Source: Flagellimonas sp.
GTDB lineage: Bacteria; Bacteroidota; Bacteroidia; Flavobacteriales; Flavobacteriaceae
Assembly (NCBI RefSeq): GCF_965233845.1
Contig: NZ_OZ247584.1
Location: 1,755,914-1,819,913, forward strand
Length of the DNA: 64,000 bases
Direction of reading: 5' to 3'
Below the pieces are notes generated by a model. It searched no databases. It was not told the DNA's origin and saw only the letters and a list, made by a program, of their open reading frames with translations. The first letter of the stretch is position 1; each line of letters begins with the position of its first letter. Position numbers and translations under genes: made by a program. This document shows, piece by piece, positions 1 to 10,569 of the stretch.

Positions 1-411
1 CTTTCTGAACGTATTTTCATTGGTGAACAGGGTGAACACATTATCCTCTCCAACATTTTTGATCAAATCCTGCACGGCCTGTTCCAAAATGGAAAGTCCA
101 TTGTCTTTGGCCTGCATGCTGAAGGAATTATCCAAGTAAATGACTGTCTCCTTTGTTGTGGTTGCGGTTTGGGAGGCGCTAAAGGGTTGGGCAAAGGCGA
201 CCACCAAGGCAGCAATCAACAACAATCTTGTGATGAGGAGCAACCATTTTTTGAGCTGGTTACTTTTTCTGGATTCCGAAACTACCTTTTGCAGCATGGC
301 TACATTGGTAAAGGGTGTTCTTTTAAACCTTCGTAACTGAAAAAGATGAATGAAAATGGGAATCAGGAGAAGTAATAGGGCCCAAAGGATTTCCGGATGT
401 TTAAACTGCAT
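1..411 (-). CDS. BatA-like (aerotolerance-regulator N-terminal domain) / vWA-like membrane protein. Only the 5' part is present; the gene runs off the window start.
   Basis: Not in the ORF track because there is no stop in the window. Reverse translation from the ATG at 411 gives MQFKHPEILWALLLLLIPIFIHLFQLRRFKR...KETVIYLDNSFSM. This shows an N-terminal TM hairpin typical of BatA_N proteins, then a DxSxS MIDAS-like motif. Confidence 0.6.
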   Translation of the reverse strand, partial: MQFKHPEILWALLLLLIPIFIHLFQLRRFKRTPFTNVAMLQKVVSESRKSNQLKKWLLLITRLLLIAALVVAFAQPFSASQTATTTKETVIYLDNSFSMQAKDNGLSILEQAVQDLIKNVGEDNVFTLFTNENTFRK

Positions 412-569
412 TCCCAACTTTGATTAAGCAAATATAGGTGATACTTAGCTAATGGCGGTGTTAAGGGTTTGTTAGATTCAATTTCCAATTAACAATTCAC
501 AATAACCAATGAACAATGAGTAACGTTGGACCCTGTTAATTGATAATTGTTTATTGTACAATGCAAAAG

Positions 570-1577
570 CTAGCAGAAGAAAAAGTAGTCTTTCATAGCC
601 TGTTGTCCCAGAGTGGAGAAGAATTCACGGATTTCCTTCTGGGCAGTCTCATTGGCCACTGTTACCAAGCTCTGGGGGTTTTTCAGTTGTCTCAGCATTT
701 CAAAATGCACCAATTCCTGTCCGTATATTTTTTTTCCAATTTTTGCGGGATTGTCGCATAACCACACAAAGTCCAATTCTTGATTTACTAAACTTTTTGC
801 GATGGATTTACCTTTAAAACCTGCGCCCCATACTACTAAGGGTCGCATTGGGTCGCGGTCTAGTTTTAAAAAGTAATGAAGCTTGATGTCCAAAAAATAA
901 TTCTGCGCATAATGTTCATGGGTTCTGGATGTTCGGGTATCATAATCCCTCCATAAATGAAGCACTTCATTACAGGGTATGATCTTCAATTGATTTTCGT
1001 AAAATCGAAAGGTGAGATCGTAGTCCTCAGGATACCGATTGGGGCGGAAAGCATCGCTCAGTTCAAAATCATCCCTGTACACCATCCAGCAAGGGGAAGG
1101 GATTACGCATTCCTTATAAATTTCATTATAGTTGTTCCCGTTTGCGGTTAGTGCATTCAACCATGTTTCATACCGTGCATACCCATCGCTGATACCTCGA
1201 TGGGAAAAATACTGTACTTGCCCCACGGCCACATGACCTCTTCCATGACTACCCAACGATTCTGCCATGACTTCCAGGCGATTGGGTTTCATGATGTCGT
1301 CAGAATCCATACGGGAAACCAAATCTCCAGAACTATGGGCATAGGCTGTTTGTAAAGCCGGAATAATTCCATTTCCAGAATTGGGATAAACTTTTATTCG
1401 GTTATCTTTCTTGGCGTAAGCTTCCAGAACTTTCCTGCTTTTGTCTTCCGAATAATCATCCACGGCCAACACCTCCCAATAAGGATAGGTCTGAGCTAGA
1501 ATGGAATCCAAACATGCGGGAAGGTATTCCTGGGTATTTTTAAATGGGATAAAAAGGCTGACGGTAGGATTTTGCAT
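570..1577 (-). CDS. Family 2 glycosyltransferase
   Basis: GT-A N-terminus SLFIPFKNTQEYLPACLDSILAQTY, plus acidic motifs AVDDYSEDKS and SRMDSDD. Confidence 0.85.
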   Translation of the reverse strand: MQNPTVSLFIPFKNTQEYLPACLDSILAQTYPYWEVLAVDDYSEDKSRKVLEAYAKKDNRIKVYPNSGNGIIPALQTAYAHSSGDLVSRMDSDDIMKPNRLEVMAESLGSHGRGHVAVGQVQYFSHRGISDGYARYETWLNALTANGNNYNEIYKECVIPSPCWMVYRDDFELSDAFRPNRYPEDYDLTFRFYENQLKIIPCNEVLHLWRDYDTRTSRTHEHYAQNYFLDIKLHYFLKLDRDPMRPLVVWGAGFKGKSIAKSLVNQELDFVWLCDNPAKIGKKIYGQELVHFEMLRQLKNPQSLVTVANETAQKEIREFFSTLGQQAMKDYFFFC

Positions 1578-1599
1578 GAAATTGCCAAGAATTCCTGAT

Positions 1600-2535
1600 T
1601 CATTTCAGTGATAAGATGTCAAACTGGGCTTTGTACAATCGGCTACCCCCATTTTGATAGCTTTTCAGATAATCCAAGAGATCATCCATGGAAACCATGT
1701 TGGAGCCAGGTTCTTGACTTCTACGGCTGGTGAAGTACAAAACATTGTTTGTTGGGTCCACAAATGGGCAGTAGTCCATGTATTTCGAATTAATGGGAAC
1801 GGGTAAGGGTATGGCTTTAGTCCAATTCCCGGAATCGTCTTTGAAACTGACATAGAGATCACCACTCCCTTGACCGTCCTCGCGATTGTATCCTCCAAAA
1901 ATCAAGTAAGAATCATCAGGGGAAATGTAACTATTGTATTCAAAGCCTTCCGTGTTAATGTTCCCGCTCAAGGAAATGGGTTCGGCGTAACTCCCATCAT
2001 CATACGAACTGAAAAAGATATCATCCCTTCCAAGTGCACCAGGGCAATCACAGGTGTAATACAAATTCCCGTTTTGCGCAACAGCAGGGTAAAATTCATT
2101 GTGTTCGGTATTGATTGGAGCACCTATATTAATGGGAGTAGACCATTCCGAAGTCGAATTAGCCCTTTCCACGTACCAAATATCAAAATCCTTTGGAGTT
2201 GTTGATGCCTGGTCCACGGGCCTATTGGATACGAAATATAGGCGCAACCCATCTGGGGACAGAAATGGTTCCAAGTCTTTATATTTTCCCGAAAAAGAGG
2301 TAATTGCTGGCATGTCCCAGCCATTATTCCCATTAACGGATTTCACGATTACGGACACCTCTTCATTGGGAGATTGAATAGTGAAGTAGGATTCTTTCCC
2401 TTTGGCATCCATGGTAAAATCCCTGATTTTATCAAACATGGGCAAATGTTCCAGAACAGGCTGGACTTGACTGTTGTTTTGCCCATTCACAGACCATCCG
2501 AAAAATAGCACCAAAAGCGGAATGTAAAATTTCAT
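1600..2535 (-). CDS. Secreted TolB-like beta-propeller (PD40/WD40-like repeat) protein
   Basis: Signal peptide MKFYIPLLVLFFGWSVNGQ. Repeated PD40-type motifs LSPDGLRLYFVSNR, ISPDDSYLIFGG and NNVLYFTSRR. Confidence 0.75.
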   Translation of the reverse strand: MKFYIPLLVLFFGWSVNGQNNSQVQPVLEHLPMFDKIRDFTMDAKGKESYFTIQSPNEEVSVIVKSVNGNNGWDMPAITSFSGKYKDLEPFLSPDGLRLYFVSNRPVDQASTTPKDFDIWYVERANSTSEWSTPINIGAPINTEHNEFYPAVAQNGNLYYTCDCPGALGRDDIFFSSYDDGSYAEPISLSGNINTEGFEYNSYISPDDSYLIFGGYNREDGQGSGDLYVSFKDDSGNWTKAIPLPVPINSKYMDYCPFVDPTNNVLYFTSRRSQEPGSNMVSMDDLLDYLKSYQNGGSRLYKAQFDILSLK

Positions 2536-2537
2536 AT

Positions 2538-3227
2538 CTAACTCTTAATAGCCATTTGAATGGTTTTATTGGCAAGCTCGGCCATGATTTCATAGCCTGC
2601 GGTAGTTGGGTGAACCCCGTCATCCGCTAGTTCCTTGGGAAGCCCATTCCTGTTATCCGACATAGCGGAAAAATAGTCCAGATAAAATATATTCTTATCC
2701 CTGGCCAGACGCTGCAGCATATTGTTCAATTGTGGGATTTTTATGTTCGGAGCCATTTTGGGTTTCCATGGGTAGTCAAAAGCAGGGAGTACTGAACAGA
2801 TTACGGGTGTAATATTGTTGGCTTGCGCTAATTCCACCATGGATTGAATGTTATCTCTTATTTGTTCTAAGGTCATGGGTCCGGTATTTCCAGCAATATC
2901 ATTGGTGCCGGCCAAAATAAGAACCACCTTGGGTTTTAGATCGACAACATCCTGCCTAAATCGCAATAGCATTTGAGGGGTGGTCTGACCACTAATCCCC
3001 CGATTTACATAAGATGGATTTTCAAAGAAAGAAGGCATGCCATTGGTCCACCCCTCGGTAATGGAATTACCCATAAAAACTACTCGATTTTCATCTATTG
3101 GAGCGGTTAATAACTTTTGGTTCGCCTCTTGGTATTTAGCTAGATTGGGCCAATCCTGGGCTTGGGTATTTTTAAAAAATGAAAGGAAGGATAGCAAGGT
3201 AATAACTAGGATTCTGTGTTTTGACAT
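2538..3227 (-). CDS. Secreted SGNH/GDSL-family hydrolase
   Basis: Signal peptide. Block I FMGNSITEGW, block III AGTNDIAG, block V DDGVHPT. Confidence 0.85.
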   Translation of the reverse strand: MSKHRILVITLLSFLSFFKNTQAQDWPNLAKYQEANQKLLTAPIDENRVVFMGNSITEGWTNGMPSFFENPSYVNRGISGQTTPQMLLRFRQDVVDLKPKVVLILAGTNDIAGNTGPMTLEQIRDNIQSMVELAQANNITPVICSVLPAFDYPWKPKMAPNIKIPQLNNMLQRLARDKNIFYLDYFSAMSDNRNGLPKELADDGVHPTTAGYEIMAELANKTIQMAIKS

Positions 3228-3323
3228 GATTGAAGGTGTTTGCTAAAATTAGGAAATAAAGCCTTAAAAGGCTATCTGTAGATTAAATAATACGTACAGA
3301 TTTGTCGGTTCATGGTTGGTAGA

Positions 3324-3965
3324 TTATTCCAATGCCAATTTCGGATTATTCAGCAATTCCTGAACATTTTCAAAATACCGCCCCATATGTCTGCCATCCA
3401 CCAAAGCATGGTGGGCTTGAACGGACAATGGCATTAAATGGGTGTTGTTTTGGCGGAAGAATTTCCCCCAGCTTATTCTGGGTACCGAATCATGCGGGTG
3501 ATAATGCATGGCATGCTGAATACTGGTGAAACTTACCCAAGGGATTGCCGACATAAACAAGTAATCGTCCCTTCCAGGTTCATCTTCAATGGAAGGGTTT
3601 GTTTTCATGGCTTCATTGATCCGTTTGGCATCAGCTATAAAATCTTGGGCACTTGTTTGAAATGGAACCGTACAAAAACTAAAAACGTCCGTTTCGTTGG
3701 TGGGAACTGTAAAAGAGGGATGCACACTCTCATGCTCAACCACTTCATTTTCTCGAATTCTCCATCGAAACTCAATAATATCATTGGCCGCTTTGGATAA
3801 CAAATAGACCAGACTATAGGTCAACGGCATTTCCATTGACTTTACGTAAGGTAGGAATGAGCCAAGGTCTACATTGGCCGTAATGTTGAAATGAGGATGG
3901 TTCATGTGATTGAAAAATGCGAAATGCTTTTTCCTATGGGGATTGTCAAAGACAATTTTCTTCAT
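3324..3965 (-). CDS. Chloramphenicol-acetyltransferase (CAT) family protein
   Basis: The 213-aa size matches type A CATs. C-terminal motif AHHALVDGRHMGRYF resembles the catalytic HHAVCDG motif. Confidence 0.75.
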   Translation of the reverse strand: MKKIVFDNPHRKKHFAFFNHMNHPHFNITANVDLGSFLPYVKSMEMPLTYSLVYLLSKAANDIIEFRWRIRENEVVEHESVHPSFTVPTNETDVFSFCTVPFQTSAQDFIADAKRINEAMKTNPSIEDEPGRDDYLFMSAIPWVSFTSIQHAMHYHPHDSVPRISWGKFFRQNNTHLMPLSVQAHHALVDGRHMGRYFENVQELLNNPKLALE

Positions 3966-3974
3966 TGAACCTTT

Positions 3975-4553
3975 CTAATTCTTCGGAGGTGTTATCATAA
4001 TGTGGGCCCTATGGGTTCCTGGGTTCATGATCCATGCATGCCCAGGAGGAGTAGGGGTGGTGGGTAATCCTGTGGATTCCCCTGTGGCAAAGGGAATGTA
4101 AAATACGTAGCGCACATAGGGATTTTCAATTTCCTGGGTTTCCGCGTTTACGTTTCCCGTAAAGACACATAAGGTGGTCTTGTCCGGCATTTTCAACTTT
4201 CCTACCTTAACTTCCTCCTCCCGAATATCAAAGATTTCCTTTCCATCTTTTCCTTGGGCTTTCAACTCCCTTCCACGCGCCATAAAGGGTTCCAGTTCCT
4301 TATGATAGGCAGCGGTAGAAAACTTTTCCTTTTTGGGGTCATCTGCCAATGCGATGTAGTCATTGCTTCCTTCACGCAGCGTTACAAAATTCCCCGAAGC
4401 ATCATAGCCATATACTTTGGCTCCGTCTTTATAATCCGCTGGTACGGCCATTAAGGCAGTTTTGATTTGCCATTCTTTTGGAGGTATGGCTTGGGCGAGG
4501 ATGCATTGGGAGGTAAGTCCCAATACCAGGGATAAGATTGCTATTTTATTCAT
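3975..4553 (-). CDS. Secreted hypothetical protein
   Basis: The ORF was trimmed to the internal ATG (MNKIAILSLVLGLTSQCILAQA signal peptide), which removes the overlap with the upstream gene that stops at 4558. No recognisable family motif. Confidence 0.6.
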   Translation of the reverse strand: MNKIAILSLVLGLTSQCILAQAIPPKEWQIKTALMAVPADYKDGAKVYGYDASGNFVTLREGSNDYIALADDPKKEKFSTAAYHKELEPFMARGRELKAQGKDGKEIFDIREEEVKVGKLKMPDKTTLCVFTGNVNAETQEIENPYVRYVFYIPFATGESTGLPTTPTPPGHAWIMNPGTHRAHIMITPPKN

Positions 4554-4557
4554 GATA

Positions 4558-6045
4558 TTAATATTTGGCACTTTTTCCATTGGCCGTTGTTCGTACAATA
4601 AAGTTTCTGAGGTCGTCATTGGCTTTTTTCAAATCTTCCCTTCTTAGATACATCATATGCCCTGATCGATACCCTTTAAATTCAAATCGATCTTTCATCC
4701 GCCCGCTTGGGTCAACCTGCCACATGGTGTACTTGGCATTGAAATAGGTAGTGGCACCGTCATAGTACCCAGATTGAACCAAAACGTTCAAATATGGATT
4801 CTGTGCCATGGCCTGTCTCAGATTATCCCTTGTATTGTCATCTTCATTGTTCCAGGGATGTACAGGACCAAACATATTATACTTGATATCCGTTTTGAAC
4901 TTAAGTTCTTCCTGTAGATAATAGTTGATTGCGGGGGTAAAGCTATGGAGCCAAGAGGTAAGCTCAGCAGAATAATCAGGTCCTTCTCCGAACAGTTGTC
5001 GGTCAATTCCTAAATAGCGGCTGTCCAACCTTCCAACGTTATAACCACCGTTCTCCTTCAAAAGATTTTTCCAAAAGAATTGCGTAGGCACATCCAAATT
5101 GTGATCTAGGATATCCTTTTCTTTTAAGCCTGAATAAAAGGCCATTTTTTTGGCAACCGAATTTCGTTCCGAGTCTGAAATAAATCCACCTTTGGCGATG
5201 GCTGGGATCAAAGTATTGATCGTATAGTTTTCAGCCTCTGGCAAAACCTCCAACAAATCCTTATTTTGAAGTTCTGATGGCAACGCCTTATGATGCCATG
5301 CTGCAGCCGTATAATAGGGGAGGTTCAGGGCACTTGAAACTGGCCCACCAACCCTGATGACTTTATAATCCGCAGGGGAAACCATAATTACCCCGTTGAG
5401 ATACATCCATTGCTGATTCTGCAAGGCCAGGGACAATCCCATAACACGGGTTCCCCCATAACTTTCACCAATGATATATTTTGGGGAACGCCATCTGTTA
5501 TTTCGGGTTACAAAGGTGTTCAACCATTCTGCCAAATAGGCAACGTCCGCGTTGATGCCAAAAAACTTGTCCCTATCCACCTTTTCACCTGTTTCGGGAA
5601 TGGTTCTGGAATATCCAGTATTGGCTGGATTTACATAAACAATATCGGTAACATCCAAAACCGAAAAGGGATTTTGCTTAACCCCATAAGGCTGTACAGG
5701 ATATCCCTCATCATCAATCTTGAGTACCCTTGGCCCAGTGTACGCCAGGTGCATCCAAACAGATCCGGAACCTGGTCCTCCATTGAAGGAAATCAACAAG
5801 GGGCGCTCTGCCCGGTTCCGTACATTGTTCCTCGTATAATATGTATAATGAAGGGAGGCAATCGGCTCTCCCATATCATCCCATACAGGTTGTGTGCCCG
5901 TAGTGGCTGTATAACTAATATTGGCCCCATTGATGGTAACACTATGTTGCGTGGTGATGGTAGTGTCAATGGGTAATTTCCGATTTTGGGCAAAGGTCAA
6001 GGCAGTGCACAGAATTGTGCAAAGAACTAGGAAGTTTTGTTTCAT
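4558..6045 (-). CDS. Secreted S10-family serine carboxypeptidase
   Basis: Signal peptide. Motifs FNGGPGSGS, GESYGG (catalytic Ser context) and C-terminal SGHMMY (His context). Confidence 0.8.
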   Translation of the reverse strand: MKQNFLVLCTILCTALTFAQNRKLPIDTTITTQHSVTINGANISYTATTGTQPVWDDMGEPIASLHYTYYTRNNVRNRAERPLLISFNGGPGSGSVWMHLAYTGPRVLKIDDEGYPVQPYGVKQNPFSVLDVTDIVYVNPANTGYSRTIPETGEKVDRDKFFGINADVAYLAEWLNTFVTRNNRWRSPKYIIGESYGGTRVMGLSLALQNQQWMYLNGVIMVSPADYKVIRVGGPVSSALNLPYYTAAAWHHKALPSELQNKDLLEVLPEAENYTINTLIPAIAKGGFISDSERNSVAKKMAFYSGLKEKDILDHNLDVPTQFFWKNLLKENGGYNVGRLDSRYLGIDRQLFGEGPDYSAELTSWLHSFTPAINYYLQEELKFKTDIKYNMFGPVHPWNNEDDNTRDNLRQAMAQNPYLNVLVQSGYYDGATTYFNAKYTMWQVDPSGRMKDRFEFKGYRSGHMMYLRREDLKKANDDLRNFIVRTTANGKSAKY

Positions 6046-6182
6046 TTTGTGTTTTAATTAGTCCAGTTCTAAAAGTAGGAATTTTGAGTGGATTTAAAAG
6101 AATTAAGTTGGTATAGATTAATACAAACCAGCCCTTTTCTTCTTGTTTATTTCTAACTTTAAAGAACTCGAAATAAGGAAGT

Positions 6183-7313
6183 ATGAAAACCATTTCCAGA
6201 AGAACATTTAATTCCACTTTGGGCAAAGGTATTGGAGCTACTGCACTATTGGGCTCATCAGCTTTTATCGTTGCCAATACTTCATCTCAAAACAAGAAAA
6301 AATTGGGGATTGCTTTGGTAGGATTGGGAAGTTATAGCACTTACCAATTGGCACCTGCGCTATTGGACACTGAACATTGTTATCTGACTGGAATTGTTAC
6401 CGGAACTCCTGAAAAAGAGGGAGTATGGGCGTCCAAATATGGCATCCCAAAAGAGAATATATACAATTATCAAAATTTTGACACCATCAAAAACAATCCT
6501 GACATAGATGTGGTTTATGTGGTCCTGCCCAATAGCATGCATGCCGACTTTTGTATCAGGGCAGCAAAGGCTGGAAAACATGTAATCTGCGAAAAACCCA
6601 TGGCAGTATCTGTTGCAGAGTGTGATGCTATAATAACCGCGTGCAAGGATGCTGGTGTTAAACTGGGTATGGGTTATCGGCTGCATTCAGAACCCTATAC
6701 CCAAGAAATCAAAAAATATGTTCGGGAGAAAACCTTTGGAAATGTCCATTATATAACAGCAGATGCGGGATATCGATCTAGGTCCAACCCAGAACAATGG
6801 CGATTGAACAAAGCCTTATCTGGTGGAGGAGCATTGATGAATATGGGGGTGTATGCCATTCAAAGTGTGATCTATGGAACAGGTGAGAATCCCTTATCTG
6901 TTTCCGCCCAAGAGTTCAGTACACGCCCCGACTATTTCAAGGATACGGATGAAACCATAACCGCCCAATTTGAGTTTGAAAGTGGAGCGGTCGGAAATAT
7001 CATGACCTCTCACAACATCAGAGCCAATCGCTTGTTTGCCTCCTGTGATCAAGGTTGGTATGAATTAGATCCTGCCAGTACTTACATTCCTTTGGCTGGA
7101 CGCACTTCCCGCGGAGATTTGGACTTTCCACAGGAAAGTCAGCAAAAATTGCAAATGGATGACTTCGCCAAGCATATACTGTTTGGCGAACCCAATGTGG
7201 CTCCGGGTGAAATGGGACGCCGTGACATGATTATTGTGGAGGCCATTTACAAATCCATTGCCCGGGGTGGCCAGAAAATCCAGCTTGATATTCCGAAAGG
7301 CTACGGTCTTTGA
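6183..7313 (+). CDS. Tat-exported Gfo/Idh/MocA-family oxidoreductase
   Basis: Twin-arginine leader SRRTFNSTLGKGIGATALLGSSA. Rossmann motif LGIALVGLGSYS and the EKP motif (ICEKPMA). Confidence 0.85.
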   Translation: MKTISRRTFNSTLGKGIGATALLGSSAFIVANTSSQNKKKLGIALVGLGSYSTYQLAPALLDTEHCYLTGIVTGTPEKEGVWASKYGIPKENIYNYQNFDTIKNNPDIDVVYVVLPNSMHADFCIRAAKAGKHVICEKPMAVSVAECDAIITACKDAGVKLGMGYRLHSEPYTQEIKKYVREKTFGNVHYITADAGYRSRSNPEQWRLNKALSGGGALMNMGVYAIQSVIYGTGENPLSVSAQEFSTRPDYFKDTDETITAQFEFESGAVGNIMTSHNIRANRLFASCDQGWYELDPASTYIPLAGRTSRGDLDFPQESQQKLQMDDFAKHILFGEPNVAPGEMGRRDMIIVEAIYKSIARGGQKIQLDIPKGYGL

Positions 7314-7327
7314 TAGGCGTCGGCCGT

Positions 7328-8347
7328 TTATGCTTTTAATATGGTTTCAATTTGTTGTAATTCATCAGAACTGAAATCCACATTGTTCAAGGCCTGGATA
7401 TTATCCAATAATTGACTTGTCCTGCTAACTCCAACCAGCACCGTTGTAATTTTCTCATCACGTAACACCCAGGCCAAAGCCATTTGGGCCAAACTTTGGT
7501 TTCTGCCTTCGGCAATGGCATTAAGCTTTGCGACTTTGTCCAAAACTTCCGGTGTAATCTGATCGGATTTCAAATAGCGTGCATCCTTGACCGCTCTGGA
7601 ATCCTCAGGAAGTCCTTTCAGATATTTGTTGGTCAGTATACCCTGTTCCAACGGGGAAAAAGCAATGGAACCAATTCCCTTTTGACCCAAGACATCCAAA
7701 AGCCCATCCTCTATCCAGCGATCAAACATATTGTATCTCGGCTGATGGATTAGTAAGGGAGTTCCAAGCTCTCTAAGTATATTGTATGCTCTAGCCGTGT
7801 CCTCCGCATTATATTGGGAAATTCCAACGTAAAGTGCTTTACCTTGTTGGACTATTTGATGCAGGGCGCCCATAGTTTCTTCCAATGGGGTATCCGGATC
7901 AGGTCTGTGGTGGTAAAATATGTCAACATAATCCAGACCCATACGCTGCAAGCTTTGATCTAAACTTGCAATCAGATATTTTCTGGACCCAAAATTTCCA
8001 TACGGTCCCGGCCACATATCCCATCCGGCTTTGGAAGATATGATCAACTCATCCCGATAGGTTTTGAAATCTTTTTGGAATATACGTCCAAAGTTGTCTT
8101 CGGCCGCCCCGTAGGGTGGGCCATAGTTATTGGCCAAATCAAAATGGGTGATTCCATGATCAAAGGCTGTCCGCAAAATCTGTCGTGCTTTGTTAAAATC
8201 GTCCGTATGTCCAAAGTTGTGCCATAGCCCAAGGGAAATCATGGGCAAAAGGAGCCCGCTATTTCCGCATCTACGGTATTTCATTTTCTCGTACCGATCT
8301 TCGGAAGCGACATAGGTGGGTATGCCAAAGCTGTCATTTATGCTCAT
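7328..8347 (-). CDS. Aldo/keto reductase (YghZ/Gpr-like L-glyceraldehyde-3-phosphate reductase type)
   Basis: KMKYRRCGNSGLLLPMISLGLWHNFG closely resembles the YghZ N-terminus. Length is typical for an AKR. Confidence 0.85.
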   Translation of the reverse strand: MSINDSFGIPTYVASEDRYEKMKYRRCGNSGLLLPMISLGLWHNFGHTDDFNKARQILRTAFDHGITHFDLANNYGPPYGAAEDNFGRIFQKDFKTYRDELIISSKAGWDMWPGPYGNFGSRKYLIASLDQSLQRMGLDYVDIFYHHRPDPDTPLEETMGALHQIVQQGKALYVGISQYNAEDTARAYNILRELGTPLLIHQPRYNMFDRWIEDGLLDVLGQKGIGSIAFSPLEQGILTNKYLKGLPEDSRAVKDARYLKSDQITPEVLDKVAKLNAIAEGRNQSLAQMALAWVLRDEKITTVLVGVSRTSQLLDNIQALNNVDFSSDELQQIETILKA

Positions 8348-8415
8348 TGGTTGTTTGGATTTTGGTATTATACGTTGAACCCAAAAATAACATAGAATAC
8401 CCTAACAAAATAGTG

Positions 8416-9180
8416 CTAAAATTTTTCAAAAACACCTAAACCAAAAAGCGCAAAATCGTATTTAACAGGATCAGATGCATCTAAACTTCTCAGGTTGTTA
8501 TCCAGTTCGGCAAGAGCCGTCGCATCATTTTGCTTCCGTTTCAGTAGTTTTAGCTTTCTGGCCACATTCCCCGAGTGTACATCCAAAGGGCAGGAAAGCT
8601 GTGATGGGTTTAGGTGCTTCCAGAGTCCAAAATCCACCCCAGTGTCGTTGTCTCTAACCATCCAGCGTAAAAACATATTGATTCGTTTGGCCGCCGAACC
8701 CTTTGCCGGATCGGAAACATGTTTGGTGGTACGTTGTTGATGAGGCAATTCAAAAAACACTTTTTTGAATTCAGAAATGGCGGGCTGTAGGGTTTCCTTT
8801 TGTTGAAATTGGGTAAACACAGCTTCCAATCCCCCGTGTTTGGTGTAGATATTTTGAAGACTTTTGACAAAATATGTCAAATCCAGGGCGTTAAAGGTGC
8901 GGTGTACAAATGAGCCAAGCTTTTCCAATTCCGCCTCGGAATGGTTATAAACAAAATCATAGGGAGATTGATCCATTAGCGCCATAAGGGAAGAAGCATT
9001 TTTAATGATGCTCTTCCGATTACCCCATGCAATGGTCGCAGTTAAGAATCCACTGATTTCAATATCTTCTTTCTTGGAGAAGTGATGGGGAATTTGAAGA
9101 GGGTCATCTTCCAAAAAACTGGGATGATTGTACTGCTCCACTTTGGCATCCAAGAATTCCTTAAGCTCGGCCTTTGTCAT
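8416..9180 (-). CDS. Conserved hypothetical protein (TIGR02757/DUF2400-like, from recollection)
   Basis: 254-aa soluble protein. The family call is from memory of similar Bacteroidota sequences and was not verified. Confidence 0.55.
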   Translation of the reverse strand: MTKAELKEFLDAKVEQYNHPSFLEDDPLQIPHHFSKKEDIEISGFLTATIAWGNRKSIIKNASSLMALMDQSPYDFVYNHSEAELEKLGSFVHRTFNALDLTYFVKSLQNIYTKHGGLEAVFTQFQQKETLQPAISEFKKVFFELPHQQRTTKHVSDPAKGSAAKRINMFLRWMVRDNDTGVDFGLWKHLNPSQLSCPLDVHSGNVARKLKLLKRKQNDATALAELDNNLRSLDASDPVKYDFALFGLGVFEKF

Positions 9181-9181
9181 C

Positions 9182-9847
9182 CTATCTTGAAACGATCACA
9201 CCATCCACCATGGTGAGTTTTCTATCTGCCATATTGGCCAATTCGGTGTTGTGGGTTACCAAAATGAAGGTCTGACCAAATTCATCACGTAGCTTAAAAA
9301 ACAGCTGATGCAGGTTGTCAGCACTTTCCGAATCCAGGTTTCCACTGGGCTCATCGGCAAGGATTACAGACGGATTATTGATAAGTGAACGCGCTACGGC
9401 AACCCTTTGCTGTTCACCCCCTGAAAGCGCATTGGGTTTATGGTCGTAACGATCAGAAAGCCCTAGGAAATCCAACAACTCCTTGGCCCTCTTTTCTGCC
9501 TCGACCCTGGGTGTTTTTTTGATAAAAGCGGGGATGCATACGTTTTCCAATGCCGTAAACTCGGGCAAAAGTTGATGAAATTGAAATATGAACCCAATAT
9601 GCTCATTCCGAAACCGTGCCAGCCCTTTATCGTTCAATTGATTCACCGGGGTGTCATTGATCAGCAAAGTACTATCGGTTTTGTTTGAAGGTTCATCCAG
9701 GGTCCCCAATATTTGCAAAAGGGTAGTTTTACCAGCCCCGGAAGCGCCCACAACAGAAACAACTTCACCTTTGTTGATAGTCAGGTCAACACCTTTTAAA
9801 ACCTCCAAGTGCCCAAAAGATTTTTTAATGTTTGTGGCTATGATCAT
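9182..9847 (-). CDS. ABC transporter ATP-binding protein (LolD/MacB-type)
   Basis: Walker [10 protein letters not shown], signature LSGGEQQR, Walker [12 protein letters not shown]. Confidence 0.85.
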   Translation of the reverse strand: MIIATNIKKSFGHLEVLKGVDLTINKGEVVSVVGASGAGKTTLLQILGTLDEPSNKTDSTLLINDTPVNQLNDKGLARFRNEHIGFIFQFHQLLPEFTALENVCIPAFIKKTPRVEAEKRAKELLDFLGLSDRYDHKPNALSGGEQQRVAVARSLINNPSVILADEPSGNLDSESADNLHQLFFKLRDEFGQTFILVTHNTELANMADRKLTMVDGVIVSR

Positions 9848-10005
9848 AAAATCCTCGCTTCGGGGAGTGAAAGTAACAATTACTGCTGAGCGAACAAAAA
9901 TTGGAGTTTTAAATAAAGTTTTTCTTAAGATTTACGACAATAAAATGCGAATCTCTTTGGGCATGAATGCTGGAATGGATAAGTTTATTTTAAGGTTTGA
10001 TAAAT

Positions 10006-10566
10006 ATGGACATACAAGAAAACAAAAATTTGGAATTGGCAATTTTTGCCGGAGGCTGTTTTTGGTGTACGGAAGCAGTTTTTCAAAGATTGAATGGAGT
10101 AGTTGAGGTAATCTCGGGCTACACCGGTGGTGCAATCAAGAATCCAGCCTATCGGGAAATTTGTACGGGTAGAACAGGGCATGCAGAGGCCATTCAAATT
10201 AAGTATGACCCGACCAAAGTCTCCTTTGTGGAGTTATTGGAGGTGTTCTTTGCCACCCATGATCCCACAACATTAAATAGGCAGGGGAATGATGTGGGCA
10301 GCCAATACCGGAGTGAGATCTTTTATACTTCTCCTAATCAAAAGAAGGAAGCGGAGGAGTTTATTGCCTTGCTGGAAAAAGAAAAAGTGTTCACAAATCC
10401 TATTGTAACAGCCGTTTCAGAAGCAAAACCTTTTTATATTGCGGAACAGGAGCATCAGAATTATTACAATGATCACTCCAATCAACCGTATTGTCAGTTT
10501 ATCATTGATCCAAAGATCAAGAAATTGAACAAGCATTTTTCTAACAAGCTAAATACCGCAACATAG
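10006..10566 (+). CDS. msrA: Peptide-methionine (S)-S-oxide reductase
   Basis: GGCFWCTEAVF active-site motif. The start was moved from the TTG at 9997 to the ATG at 10006. Confidence 0.9.
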   Translation: MDIQENKNLELAIFAGGCFWCTEAVFQRLNGVVEVISGYTGGAIKNPAYREICTGRTGHAEAIQIKYDPTKVSFVELLEVFFATHDPTTLNRQGNDVGSQYRSEIFYTSPNQKKEAEEFIALLEKEKVFTNPIVTAVSEAKPFYIAEQEHQNYYNDHSNQPYCQFIIDPKIKKLNKHFSNKLNTAT

Positions 10567-10569
10567 CCT

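Noticed and set aside
3975-4619. N-terminally extended ORF versions that overlap upstream genes: 3975-4619, 11516-12445, 13646-15913, 23886-24380, 28360-28767 and 29841-30974.
   Set aside because: Internal ATG codons give proper signal peptides or conserved N-termini and remove the overlaps. Several of the longer versions begin at TTG or GTG codons that the track translated as Met.
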